Below are positions 25,931 through 39,393 of a stretch of DNA of 64,000 nucleotides, piece by piece (within the stretch, counting starts at the first letter, position 1; each line of letters starts with the position of its first letter). The notes below the pieces were generated by a model, which worked only from the letters and a program-made list of their open reading frames with translations, ran no database searches and was not told the DNA's origin. The translations under genes were made by a program, and so were the position numbers. This DNA comes from Rhodosorus marinus CCMP1338 (Eukaryota > Plantae > Rhodophyta): NCBI GenBank assembly GCA_029953675.1, contig JAMWBK010000010.1, positions 1,178,001 to 1,242,000 of the forward strand. The letters run 5' to 3'.

Positions 25931-28313
25931 ATGACGAGCGTTTCTCCGAACATGTCAATTGTGTCGCTTGAGCTCGGCCATAAGACGTCGAGGGATGCTG
26001 AGGCCGACCTGTTGGACGATGGACGTGGAGATGGGGTTTGCAAGGAACAGGTCCAAGCAGAAGGAATGGAAAACAGAGCAAGCAAGAATTTAGAACAGAA
26101 AAATTCAGTTATGGAACGTAAGTCATTAGCGGCTTGTTTGAAAAATGAACAGGCATCGAATGAGGAGAAGGGCATGGCCCTGTCGGCCATGCACAAAATG
26201 ATTATGGATGAAGACGAGTTGGACGCAATGTTGGAACTTGGCGTGATTGGTCAAGTGTGTCAAACACTTCGTGGGATACACGTGTTTCAGAAGCAGGTCG
26301 ATAAACCAGGAAACGCACTTGTGGATGAGCTGACCAAGGAGGAACTCAACATCTCCTGTTCCGGAATTCGTTGTATTGCGTTGCTTGTCAATAAGAGCAG
26401 CAAAGCGCGGACTCACCTTATGGAGGATAAAGGTTTGGAATTAGTTGCTATCGCTGCTTTGGAAAAATCAATGGTTGATGTAAGGGTGGACGCGTACTCG
26501 ACCTTGGCGACCATGGGTATTTGGTCTGGTCCAAGGTATGCGCTGAAAGTCGTTGAGACACCCGGCGTGATGAAATGCATGGACTACATTATCCGCGATG
26601 AAAATAACGAGTTTGACAACATGCTGAAAGTGTCGATGGTAGACGCGGTAAGCGTGTTGGCAAGCAGGAACCGCGCCCGGAAGGTTCTCCTCGACTACGA
26701 AATGGAGCATTCGATGAGGGACGCTGCTCGAAGCGCTTCAAACTCCAGGGCGTTCAACTTGGCGGCGAAGGCATCTGTAGCCTCGGGAGCGCTCGATGGC
26801 AAAACTTTAAACGATCTGGGTTTTCTGGTTGAGGTCAGTGATAATGACAGCGATTCATCCAGCGACGTGCAACTCGTAGAAGAAGAAGATACGAACGTGA
26901 CGCGCACACCCTCGAAGCCAGCATTGGAGGGAACGGAAGTGTATGACAACGTACTTAGAACGCAAGCTGACATGCTGAATAAGGACGGCAACCAGGGAGT
27001 ATCCGGTAGGCTATTGGAACTCGGTGATTACTTAACTGTCGCGAGGGCAACAGCAGCTGCGACTCGTGGAGGTTCATTTTCTGACACCGATGCGGCAGCG
27101 ACAGCTGAATGGAGGAGTCTGATCAGCGGTGATCCGATCAATGTTCGCAGAAAGAACGGAGATGGAGCACATTTGAAAGCACTCGCCAGGCAGGGCATAC
27201 CCCACTCTCTTCGCTGTGAGGTATGGCCATATCTTCTGTCATGTACCGACCTCAGTGGATCAGATGTATACGAGAAGGCCGTTAGTACTGGCGTGTCGAA
27301 GCAAATCCAAGTTGCTATTGACAAGGACATCACCAGAACGATGCCGGAGCACGAACTTTTCTGGGCAGGAGGTGCCCAAGTTGGCCTGAAGAGTTTGCGC
27401 GCTGTTCTCCGAGCTTACGCTGCATATCACCCGGAGGTAGTGCTTTGCCCAAGCACGGAGACTCGGAAAGTCTTTCATTATGGTCGCCTGGAGCGCTTGC
27501 GGAGCTTTCATGTAGCTAACATTTTCATTGTTTTACGAACAGGTTGGATATTGCCAGGGGATGTCATCACTTTGTGCACTTTTCATGGTCAACGCGGAAA
27601 CCGAAGCAGACGCTTTTCATATGTTTGCGGCCTTCATGGATCAGTTTCGTTTCAAGGGAGTCTATTCGGATGGCCTTCCAGTGATGTATGAACTGGTCGA
27701 GAAGATTACTTACCTGGGGATGGAGAAAGTACCTGCAGTGATGGACAAGATTGCCGCGGAGGGCGTTCCCCTGGATTCCTTTCTGCCGGTTTGGGTTATG
27801 ACTGGATTCACGTATTATTTCCCTCCAACATTGGCATTCAAGATTTGGGATATTATGCTTGTTGAAGGGAATACCGACATGTTTGTCTGCTCCGCCCTAG
27901 CAGTTCTTGCTTTATCAGAGGCCATAATCATGTCAGGGAACATGGAACAGATTACACTGTGGTAAGTACCTTTTTGTTCGAGATCAACGGACTCCAGAGG
28001 AGCTCCGAACCATTTATCGACGTCGACTACACATGCTGAAGATCGTGCATTCCTCCGTAGGTTTCAAAACGGATTTGCCGAGAGGAAGACTGGGATTGTG
28101 GATAATCCGGAACTGTTCTTGAAAGTCGCGTTGGAATTTGAGAATGCGGCCAAGATAGAGGAAGTCGATGAAGAACCTACTTGCGGTATATTTTCAAAAC
28201 AACATCCCCTGCGCGGTGTCCGGAGGCTGCCACGGAGGACTTTCGAGTTTGTCCACCGCACCGGTCGTCGTCCATTTTCAAAATTAGCGGAGAGGCGACG
28301 CAAACCAAGCTGA
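25931..28313 (+). CDS. TBC-domain Rab GTPase-activating protein with an N-terminal ARM-like helical region; ~3 exons
   Basis: RQGIPHSLRCEVW, IDKDITRT (arginine finger), GYCQGM (glutamine finger), FKIWDIML. The N-terminal ~300 aa are helical repeat-like. Confidence 0.9.
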
Positions 28314-30043
28314 GCCTTGTTGTGCTGTACACTAACGAAATGTGTCAAGCCTTGATTTTTTTTTCGAGCGGGGCTTGTCAGACTACACTAATCTGTGTTA
28401 ATGAATTCACTCACTTAACCATGTTATCTTGTCTTCGCCTTTTTGCTTGTTTCGTAATGCACTGACCAAACCCATATGCGATCAAGAGTGGACAGAGACA
28501 AGGCGTCATGCCAAATAGGTCCTCAGCTCGGATTGCAAATCACAGCATTGAATAGGAGCTAGAAAGCGATTCTACAGAGCCTGTACAATTGAGGGGTGAG
28601 GGAAAGGATTCAGCTGCGTCCTTCGCATACAATGAGGACCAGAAGGACGCCTGTACAATACTTGCAGTATACGCTGATGTTAGTCCGCTTGACACCCTGA
28701 AGGCAGTTTGGCATGGAACTAGCATCACTGCAGTGTACCTTCCCCTCCGAAGTCATTTGTCCCTCAGGTCCCTGCGAAAGCTGTCGGTACTGAGCAGCGT
28801 CTTGAAGATCTGGTTCTGGCAGCGGCGTATGAACGCTGCCTTATCATTCGAGCCACATTCTGAAACGCCCTCCTCGACAGAAGCTTTTGCAAGTCACGAT
28901 GTCACTGGCGCGCCACCGCCGCCCGGGGCTTGCGTGCTTATGTTCGTGGTACCTATTAGCATATTAGCACTTCTCGCGCGTAAGCAACACAAGAATGACT
29001 GAACACAGTCAAAAAGCTACACTATCCTCCCCGCACAGAAACAATCCAATCTCGCCCTTTGCATTTTACATCTATTTATTCAAAATATTCAACGCACAGG
29101 TAACCCAATGAAAATATCCGTTTGCGTACTAGCTGTTTTCAATGAAAATTAGTTCACGGTCAAAAATCGAGGGTTTCGGGGGAGCTTCAAATATTATAGA
29201 AGAAAAAACAGATGGATCTCCTGGGCCTCTCGCGAGTGGTGTCATCGATTTCTTATTTTCTTGATAAATTAGATCAAATTGTATCAAACGGTCGTCCACG
29301 CAGATATTCTTCGGAACCTAACCAATCATCAAATGGAAAATGTCGTTCGCTTCTTTTTTGTAGGTCAATACAATTAGTTATAAATCTCAAGCTTATGGCC
29401 GCCTGTTCAATTCAAATTGTTACCATATTGACTGGCCTTTTGGGGTAACAGTGGCCCGTCTTTTCATTGGCCCCCGTTGAAAAGTCTCGAAAAGTCGGAA
29501 AATTTTCGGGCACCTGTTTTTTTTTTTTTTTTGGTCCACCGGAAAACCCTGGTAATAGTGGACGTGTTCACTGGCCCAAGGGAATTTTTTTTGCTTGTTT
29601 TGTTTTACTTTTTGAAGTTACCTATCGAGAAGGCTGATTCTCAGTGACAAGGCTATGAGATTTGTGAGGAACGTGGATTGAGTGCGGAAGGAGATGTGTT
29701 TATATTTCGATTTTTCTGTTTGAGGAAGACGGGGAACTGGTCTTGCAGTTTGGTATTGGAGGAATAGGGGGAATTTTGGAGGAGATACTGTGTTCTGGAA
29801 GAGTAGACTTTTGTTTGGATGTGTTAGGTTTTTGAAGAAGAGAGAGGGGGGAGGGAGATGTGGGTGGTGAGGTATGTTTGTTTTTGTAATATATTCCTGA
29901 GTCCAGTTTTGGAAGTGTGGGAGGCGGTCTTTAGCGGGTCTTGCTGAGGGATGGATGGTTTCTAGTGGTTGGAGTTTTTCTGGGACTGGTTTGAACTTGT
30001 GGGGAGTGGAGGAGGGTTTGGGCTTTTGGAAGGGCACAGGAGG

Positions 30044-32541
30044 ATGGAGGTTGTTTGTTTTTTGAATTTTTTCTGTCCTGGCGTGGCTGCATGTAGGGGT
30101 GCGGGAGCCCGGAATGATCGGCTTTTGGTTCGTTCTGTGGCACAGCCTCGGGCTAGGAGAGGGGCCCTGGAGGCGCCCTGGCCGAAGGAAGAGGACGTAA
30201 AGAGCGACCTTGTAGATGGTCGGCTAGATGCCCTACGTAGTGATGGAGGGAGCGGGGAAAGGGTATGTTTGGAAGACCGTGAGAGTGCACATCAGGAGCG
30301 AGCGGGAGATCTTGTTAAGAGTGGACGACCGGGCTCACCTGAGGAGATGGAGAAGCTGGTCATGAATTTAGTTGAGGATTCGAAGGATGAAGAGCTGGTA
30401 GTGCTGGTTCAGGACTGGATAGCTGATGAAGACTCCGCGGCTTTGTCGAGTCGCGTGTACCATGAACTATTGATGGCTTTGAGTAGATTGAAACAGGTAA
30501 GACAGGCAGGATTCGAATCGATTGGAGATATTGGGTTTTCGTCAGTATTCTGAATGACGCTCGTGCATGCTGGGTGATTAGATTAGTTCGTTGTTCATGG
30601 AATGGAAAAACTTAAGCCGAGAGGAACTGTTGCTTCCGGACTCTCATTCGGAAGTCCTAAAGGCTCTCCTCAAAGATCGCCGCATACCCCAGTGCATGGT
30701 GGTTGTCGAAAAGATGATAGAGCGTGGTGTACCACCCACGAAGGAGGTTATGGAATCACTGATTCGCTGGTGCGTGAGAAATGCTGACGCAAGGCACGCG
30801 TATGCATGTCTGGATCTGTCCCTGAAACAGGAGTTCGTTATGCAGAAGTGAGTGCTGCTACGTCTGCTGTTTTCAAGTGATGTCATCTCCGGTTGATTTC
30901 TGAACCTCTTTTCCGGTACTCCGGTGTTCTTGTTGTCTTCCAGGACTACGTACCAACACGCGATTACCCTCCTTTTGAAGCGCAATGAAGTGGACAAGGC
31001 CATAAAACTGGCACTTGCTTTGAGTTCGACAGGGATTGGGCTTGGCCAATCGCTGTGCAGCGCCCTTCTTAAGTACGCCGCCCGAAGGAGGCGATTCGAC
31101 CTGATTTGGGAGCTTCTCGTGGAAGCTGAGCGATCAGACTTCATCAAACTGGATAAATTCTCATGCAACCAAACCCTTGAGAAGGTCGCCAAGTGCTTGT
31201 CCTCGTCGGAGACACTGCAGTTTAAAGAGCGATTTGAAGCGGTTCACGCGAAAAATGGAGTTGTATGCAGCATTACTCAAGGTTGAAAATTCGTTGAGTC
31301 GCATGTTCTAATCTTCCATGTTCTCTTCATCCTTTCCTCTCAGTTTCTCATCGATGAAAAAACGTATGAGGTCCTCATTGAGGTGTTGGCGAAGGCTGGG
31401 GAGCTGGAGCAAGCTGAGGAGATTTACCGCGAGGTCCTAGCGCGAGGCATTAAGCCCACTAGAGACGTGAGCTGCTCAATTCGCAATTCCGCACCGACAT
31501 CAATGCGTTTTCGTTGAAACCTGACACGCCTCACCCTGTTGACTCTGTTTCGGTTGGCAGATGTTCCAGTCGATTATCAAAGCATGCGGAAAATATAGAG
31601 CTCTTGACAATGCGTTTGAGCTCCATGAGCAGATGGTGCTCTCTGGAATCAATCCCAATGCAGCGACTTTCAATGCGCTAATGAACGGATGTCGCCTTGC
31701 AGGTTGGTCCTACCCAGCGCTGATTCCTTTTGTGAACAGGTTCAAGTTCTCAATTGTGTTTTGATCTGTAATTGGCAGGTGATGTCTCCAGAATTCTGCA
31801 GGTCATCGATATGATGTGGAGCTCCGGAATTGCTCCGGACGTCGTGAGCTATTCCTCATTAGTTGACGCTTACGGAAGAATTGGACGTGTTGAGGACGCT
31901 TTTGCGACAGTGGACGACATGATAGCGCGAGGTGTTGAACCTAATATCGTAACATTTACTCATCTGATTAACGCTGCGGTTCGAGCTGGTAAGTGTGCCA
32001 AGGCATTGTTGAAATAGCTGGCCACGTGGTGCTCCCATCTCCCGATAGTTATTGTTAACGTGCTTGAACACGTATCTCCATGTTGAAAGGACATATTGAC
32101 GCGGCGTACAAGGTCCTGGAGCTAATGAAGGAGAAGGACATGGAACCCAATGTTTTCACTTATTCTGCTCTCATCAACGGCCTCGCAAAACGTGGCGAAT
32201 ATGACAGAGCCATGGATTTAATGGAACAGATGAGATCCAGGGGAATCCACCCCACGGCGGTCACTTACGCGACTTTGCTGAAGTCTGCAACGCGGCTGTA
32301 TGACGAGGATAAAACGCGAAGTATTGTGAGAATGCTCGAAGATGACCTTGAGGTAGGTGCTTGTTCTTGGAAATTGCAATCGGCATGTATTTCTGCGCAC
32401 CACTAAGTCTGTTGAAATACTCTTACGCCATAGGGACTTGATCGAAAGTCTCTTAAACTGCTTTATGACTTGAGCAGAACAGCAAAGGTATCTTTCTCAG
32501 AGAAAACCATTGGGCGGATAAGGGAGCTCTTGAACCTGTAG
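30044..32541 (+). CDS. Pentatricopeptide-repeat (P-type PPR) protein, probably organelle-targeted; multi-exon
   Basis: 35-aa repeats FQSIIKACGK...NPNAATFNALMNGC, PDVVSYSSLVDAYGRIG, PNIVTFTHLINA, PNVFTYSALINGLAKRG, PTAVTYATLL. The N-terminus is rich in R/A. Confidence 0.9.
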
Positions 32542-33154
32542 GATGTACATTGTGTAATATGTTGCGGATAAGAGTTTTTTCAAGGTTTTAAATCCGCGGA
32601 GATCAACAGCAAACCCTTGCTAGCCTAGATCGAGGCATTGCCATTCGTGGTCTCGCTTGATCGCTCGCTGTGTAGTCATAGGCAACGACTGAGATGGGTT
32701 CCTTTTTGCTGCCATCAACCAGACCCCAGCGTCAGCTCTCAAACCGAAAAGTATGCTTTCCCATTGGAATCAGAAGCCCCCCTCGCAAAAAGCACTAATT
32801 TGGCTCGAGTTTGAGGACCCTAGAATTTTGCACAGATTTGTTGTTATTCGAGAGTGTTGTGCTAACGATAAAAAACATTATAAAGTCAATTTCTGTATTC
32901 AACAAAGCTGTTCATTTTCGAACGTTTGGTCTGGCTCTTAATAGAAGAGCGAGTATAGGTGAAATATATATATATTTGCATTATATTGATTAATGAATGA
33001 AATGTGACCTCTGCGAAAATCCATGCCAACGGTAAATAAAATAATAAAATAGAAATAAATAGCCGAGAAAGCAACGATTGCCTAGGTTTGGATTAGGCTA
33101 TTGCCTAAAGAACGAGTAACGAGAAAATATATTTATTATTGTATTATTGTAATC

Positions 33155-33974
33155 ATGGAATTGGGTTTTTGGATCGCTCGGTCGTATTGGTTATGGTAAA
33201 GGTGAAGGCAGCGCTCTCGTGGATTGGTTTGGTTGCGGGGAGAAGTTCACTGTGCTAGATGCTGGCGGATCAAGTTCGAGAAGCGTATGTTTGATAAGAG
33301 AAATATTTGATATTGTTATATTGACAGCGATTTCAACATGCAGGTTAGAGTTCAACAGAGAACTAGCTGCCTGGAATCTGGACTTCGGCAAGGAGTACAT
33401 TCGGTGAGTTTGCTTGGAATGTTCGCTTTGTTTCGATTGCTGAAAATTCCCTACTACGACTATTAGGGGGTCTATGTGGGAGTTGCTTCCGGTGTATTCA
33501 CAGCAGCGCAGAGGTACTCCAACGGAATCCACTTTAGCATGAGAGAATTGGGAGCCCTGTCAGTGGCGCAAGGATTGGAGTGGGGATGCATGATTGGATT
33601 TTTTTATGTGAGTCATGCTTCCGTCCACCACTTTTTAGAGATCTCCCAATTCATTTATTGATTGATTAGGAACGCCGAAACCCTTTTAACCTCCAGAGTT
33701 CAAAGTGTGCGCTTGCGAAGACACGGGGCAAGGAAGACGTTGTAAACTCCGTGATTGCCGGGGCCTCCGCGGGAGGTTTGGTTACTGCAGCGAAACACGG
33801 GCGATATTGGAGATACAATATGTAAGAAGGGAACTTGTCGAGTATCCGAGAGAGTCCCGATCTCATCGAGTCACCACTGACTTTATAAGTTTTGCTTCGT
33901 TCTACTAGCGCCGGTATTCGTGGTGCGGCAGCCGCTGGCACAGTACTCGGTACCTTGCACTATCTGCTTCAATA
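33155..33974 (+). CDS. Tim17/Tim22/Tim23 (PRAT) family inner-membrane translocase subunit; ~6 short exons
   Basis: Spliced product contains SCLESGLRQGVHSGVYVGVASG, ALAKTRGKEDVVNSVIAGASAGG (R-x-K-x-D-x2-N...AG..G signature) and further GxxxG helices. Confidence 0.8.
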
Positions 33975-35141
33975 ACTGGAGTACCCTACAGCTGCTTTTT
34001 TTTAGCTGGGGAAGTTGCTCGATATGTTCCAGGCCAGCCATTACCCACAACCAGAGCGCGTACGGCTAACCAGCTCCACCGGGTTAGTAGTGATCTAAGG
34101 AGTTACAAGCAGCTTTACCAAAGCGGCGAGGGGACTGGCCAGAGCTCATCCGCTCCACGTCCTGGACGAGAGGCTGCTTCTTTTACAACAAACAAGTGTA
34201 GACCATCATGGACAGCCTGTTAAATAGTCAGATTTGTGAGAAGTGCTCAGTGTACAAGCGACGGATTAGCAGGTCTACTGCGAAGACATTGTGTTTTTTT
34301 TGTTTTTGCTTCCTCACGAGCCATAGGCTGCACTGGAAAACTATTGATAGTGTTCCGGGCGGATTCGGAATGAGTTCCTGTATTTTTAGTTTGATTTTTG
34401 AGCCGTTGTTGCAGGTAACCTGCCAGCGTTTGCTGAGTTAATGCCATGGCATAATCTAGATGTAAAATGAAGAACGAGCGTGCAACGCTTTCGATGGCGA
34501 AAGTAAAGATGAACGAACTCAAGCAAAAATATGTTGGAGGCGGAACTAAGTGGTAGTTGGATCCGGGGTCGTTACCGTGCTAATGGTGAGTTACCCGGCA
34601 TGTCTAGAAGCAATTATTCTATTTGTCTGCAAGAAAGAGTCATGATATCACCTGCTGATAGCGAGTAGTTCGCGGTCATCATCACTAGACGATGCTCTCC
34701 GGTGTACCCGCTCACAGCGTTTTTTTTTCCAACGGTCGTTAAGTACAGTTCTTCCTCGCCAAGCCTGAAAAATTCCGAGGGTGGCTAGTGACCCTACCAC
34801 AGATCTTCTATCGATATTCAGAGAATACATATGTATCAAACCGCTCAGGCTTTAGCACACGACCTCAACGTCGATCCCCAAACCGCCCCTTAGTAAAATC
34901 GTACTAAGGATACTAACCTGACAAACTAAATGCTTTTGGAGGGGCCAATTCTGAAAGCTACTATCATATGAAGTTTTAGAGTAATTTCTACTCGGCCAGA
35001 AAAATGGGAGATATTGTGGCGCCTGATAACGTGAGGATGAAATTGCAAAAAAATGCAATGAATTGTTTTTGTCGGTCACGAAAGAGAAAAGGGTTCTTAG
35101 AGGCTTTTCGAGGAGATCTCCTGAAGCAAGGGTAGCAGAGC

Positions 35142-35179
35142 GAGAGAGAGAGAGAGGGATAGAGAGAGTGTGTGTGTGT
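35142..35179. repeat. (GA)n/(GT)n compound microsatellite
   Basis: GAGAGAGAGAGAGAGGGATAGAGAGAGTGTGTGTGTGT. Confidence 0.85.
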
Positions 35180-35633
35180 ATTTGTAAGTTCTGATTTTGG
35201 GGTGGACTTTGAGGGTCTCCGAAGTTTTTCGAGGTGTTTTGAAAAGAAGCTGGAAGAAAGGCTTTTGCCGATAGTGTGTAGAGTGGATTTTGTGTTTTGT
35301 CGTTGGATTGTGTTTTCCGTCGTTGTTTGACGTTGATGGCTTTGGTCGGGAGGGGCTGGTTTGTCTGGTTGATCGCTGAAGAAGATTTCGATTAGAGGTG
35401 CTTTTTATTTGGGACCTAACCCTCGCGCGGTGGAAGAAGGTGAAGGAGACTCCTGTGTAGTTCTTTTGCTGTTCACATGCGGTTGTCAATTTAGAGAAGA
35501 GGTGTGGAGGTGGTTGCCGAGCAATGCTTTTGTCTGATAAAACCTGAGGATTCTTTGAGTTAGGTGTCCTTGCTGGTGGTGGATAATGGCTTAGCTCGAG
35601 AGCTGTAGATTAGGCAAGAGAGGCTGAGCAGGT

Positions 35634-37844
35634 ATGGAGGGACTCGGAGGACATGCTGTTCCAACTCGAGGACAGTGGAGTCTTTTGAGAAAGTTTGAGC
35701 GGGGAAGTGTTAGGAGAAAGGTGAAGGACTTGGTAGGCCTAGGTAAACTAGGTTTAAAGGGTAATGGGAAGTCGGCGGGGCCACCGGACCAGGATTTTGA
35801 TCTGCGATCGGCAAACCCGAGCACAGATGATCCGGGGTGGTATACGAACGAACTGCCTTCTGAGGAGATGACGTATCACGTTGAGTTTGTTACTCCGGAA
35901 GCTAGTGCGAGCGGACAATTACCTCATGTTCATAGTGAGATGGTTGGCACCGCCACATAATTTGCAACTCGTGTGCGCAAGCTAGCTAAGCTTCACGTTG
36001 ACACTTTTTCTCATTCGATTCAGCAGAGCGAGCATCGTCCATGCAAACCAGGCGAGAGGAGGGAATCAGATTACCGGGGCTTGGGAGATGAAAGTGAGTG
36101 AACCTGAGGGGAAAGGGTGCCTCTGAGTCGTACAAATCGGTTTGACCTTTGCTAACGTTGGTTTTTGCTTTTGTCTCGCTCTCCCTACAGTTTTAGTGGA
36201 ATGCTCGCTCTCCTCTGTTGAGCAGAGTAATGACGTGGAAAGCTCACTTTCCGGGAAAACACGAAGCAGCACGGACTCAATGGACGAAAGCCCTAAGGCT
36301 GACAGCTATACCGCACTTGATAACCACTTTAAGGATTACCACGGAACCGACAGTGAGCAGCAGTTTGACGAAGTAGTGGACAATTTTGTGCGACAGGTGT
36401 CTTCTCGTATTGGCCTTGATGATGACAGCGTTTCTGTTCATTCCGAAACAGTAGTACGGGTAGGAAGCAATCGAGTGCAAAATTTCGCTTGTGAGGCCGA
36501 CGTCAATCCATCTACCGTTCTATTCTGACGTATTGAGAGTTTACTGTCTATAATTTCGAAGGTTGAAGAGGAAGTAGCAGAGGAGGCCGGCTTGAATGAC
36601 GGCAACGGCTTGATTAGGAAGCACTCCAACCTTGTGGGACTCAACCGGTCCATAAGCTTTGACTGCTGTCCCGAGCTAGCTCATGGGCATGCTGACGAGC
36701 ACGAGCAATCTGGAGAACATCAAGAAAACTCAGGGAGCGAGATGCTGATTCGCGAGAGTACTCTAGATTCTAGCATACCACCTATTGAAAAAGTAGTAGG
36801 AGACAAGATTTCTCGGATCCTGCAACCCCAAAAGTGGACTGAGCGTGTGTTCTTTGTTGTTGGGGAGAACTACATGGAGTTGCCCTTGAGATACCCAACG
36901 CATGCAGAGATGAGGCAGGTTCGCTTCGCTGGAGCTTTGGTAGGCATTTAGGATCATCGTCGCCTTCGTCTAGTGGAGACTGCCCCCGTAGAACTAACAT
37001 CTGGTGTTCTGAGCAGGATTCTACGGATATCGGCACCTTCGCGAGCCCTATTATGTCCCCAGCCATTTGGAAGGATTCGCGGAGTGCACAAAATCCGGTC
37101 AGACTAGAGCAAGTGCCGAAGGACACCGTAAAACTCTTGAAGCTCGTTGGAAAGTGGGAGGCGGTTGCAGGACAAGCACTGGTTGACTCGCTCGACATGA
37201 AGACTTTCTCAAAGAACCCGCTCAACAAGAAATCACGACAAAAGCCAGGAACTGCTGGAGCCGCAAAGGAAGTACCACCTCTACATCCATACCACGCTCC
37301 GCTGTCTTCACTAAAGACGTGGATGCCGAGCGTCACTTCTCTGAATAAGAGTCTGGTGAGAATTGGCGTCAAGCAGAAGCTCTCTTCATCGTTTCCTTCT
37401 TGAAAACTGAGTAGAAAATAATGCCACTGACGAAGGCCAGCATTCGCTCCCTGTTCGCAGGCATTGGATAAACTGTTTGCTTCAACTGACGAAGGGGCCT
37501 TGGTGTTCTTCAGCTGCAAACATTTTTCTCGCCGAAGGACAATAACTGTCTTGGGGAGGCTGCTAGAAGCCAGAGGATGTATTGTCCTAGTAAATGACGA
37601 CCTTCAGCATATCAAGGTCGAGGCAGTGCACGCTGGCGAGCGTCTTCGCTGTGCCTTTAGGCTCGAAGACGACCCTGCCGCTGAGGCAATCAAAGTTTCA
37701 TTCCTGATTCCTCGCGTGGAGAGGCGTAGTTGCCGAACCAATCCCACCCTTGCAGCCGCCTACACTAGTTTCTTTTCGGATATATCATCTGACTTTGAAA
37801 CGTTTGTGTCACTATACAGTTTCTCCGACCCGTCGGAAGAATAG
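35634..37844 (+). CDS. Multi-exon protein of unknown function; acidic disordered middle, C-terminal KA1-like fold inferred
   Basis: Same-strand ORFs 35634, 36142, 36592, 37053 and 37464 are separated by GT-AG intervals. The C-terminal ~100 aa show a beta-alpha-4beta-alpha hydrophobic pattern. Confidence 0.6.
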
Positions 37845-38282
37845 CTAAACACGCGACTAACAGTTCCATTAAGTAAAGATTAACTACTATCCAACAAAAT
37901 CGTTGTCTATTTTTCCTAACTGCACTCTGGGTCCATCGATCATTGACCTGCGCGGAAGCCGCAGACCGAACCTGGTTCATTCCAGGCAAACAACGACAAC
38001 TCTTATCACTGAAAGGATGCATCTGGAATGATTTCGTTTTTAATACGTATGCAAACAAACCTCTCGAACAATTGAATCAACCTCATTCGCAGTGCTCACC
38101 CTTCCTGGGGAAAGGGTGACCTGGGGTTTGCGGCCAAGTGCAGGCAACTCCTAAAGGCCTCCTTATCGCATGGACAGCCCTCTCCGGGTGTATTGCTTAA
38201 GCGGGGTTCTAATCTGGGTTCGGACAACCAGTATGACTGACCACTGGTCCATTTGATAGGCAAGCTACGTGAACATTTGAAA

Positions 38283-39393
38283 ATGAGAATTCGAATCAGG
38301 ACTTCTACCGGTGCGAGTGGAGTTGTCGACGACCTATCTCCGGATGATAATCTGAACGGACTGAGAGAAGCCATAGGCAAAGTTCTCGGAATCGAAATTG
38401 GGCCTTCAGTTAAAAGTAAGTACAAGAGAATACTCGTCCTTCGTCTCTGCGCTGGGACTGAGGGGTTTTGGGGTGGGTTTTGATGATGTTCGTCAGTTGT
38501 CGTGGGGTTCCCGCCAAAGGAACTTCCAGCCTCCCCCCAATCCTTGATAAAAGAAAGCGTTGAGGATGGAGATACGTTAAGCATAGATGTCGGTAGAGTA
38601 GAACAGACAAAAAAAACGAGGAGGACGAGGAAGAGGAAACCTGATTTGGAAACTACTGTTGATATAGTAGATGGAGCAAGGTACGCCCTTTCAATGTGCA
38701 ACGTGGGTATGGATTGGAACGTCTCAACTGAGAGACGCCACTACCGTACTTCTGTTTTGGTTAGGACGGACGTCGCGGAAAAGCTCGCTTTTGCAGCGGC
38801 AAATCCACTCACCGCCCTGGACGAAATCTCAAGGTCTTTCCGAGCGTCTTTCAAAGAGGAAATGAAGAAACGAGAGGCGGAAAGACTGGGGCATTGGAGA
38901 TACAGCTCGGTATTGGCTGGGACGTTCCGATTGTTAGAAAACAAATCCAATTCGTCGAGCTTCACAGTCAGTTTTAAAGCCGAGGGAAAAAGCTGGTTGG
39001 AAGAGAGCTACCCAAGATACCCCCCGGACGTTCTTCAGCAATTGATCCCATTGATTCACTGCGATGAAGAAAGCAGAGAGAACTTGCGATCATTTAACAT
39101 GTCCATTGTATCCCCTCGAGTGTTCTGGAATGTCGCTGTACAATACGAAGGACAGGTAAGATGTTCTGCGAATCCCAGTGTTTTATGAATAGCTTTGGCT
39201 TTGTACGCTCCCAACCTCTGGCGGTCAGAAGACAGCAACTGAAAATGGCAACGACTTTTTTCGCCAGGTCGAAGCCGCGATGAAGAAAATTTGTCCTGAC
39301 CTGGATTGGAGCTTTCTTTCAACCAGGAGGCGCACCCTCAGTGAGAAAGCTAAGAGGGCGAAGGAGCAGAACGATAATGAGGAGGATCGCTAA
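38283..39393 (+). CDS. Protein with an N-terminal ubiquitin-like (OTU1/YOD1 UBXL-type) domain and an uncharacterised C-terminal domain; 3 exons
   Basis: MRIRIRTSTG...LREAIGKVLG...VGFPPKEL...EDGDTL, then ENLRSFNMSIVSPRVFW and LDWSFLSTRRRTLSEKA. No OTU catalytic motif is present. Confidence 0.7.

Noticed and set aside
28540-29002. ORF 28589..29002 and opposite-strand frames
   Set aside because: No domain signal, and the reverse frames are closed by stops. A small gene cannot be excluded.
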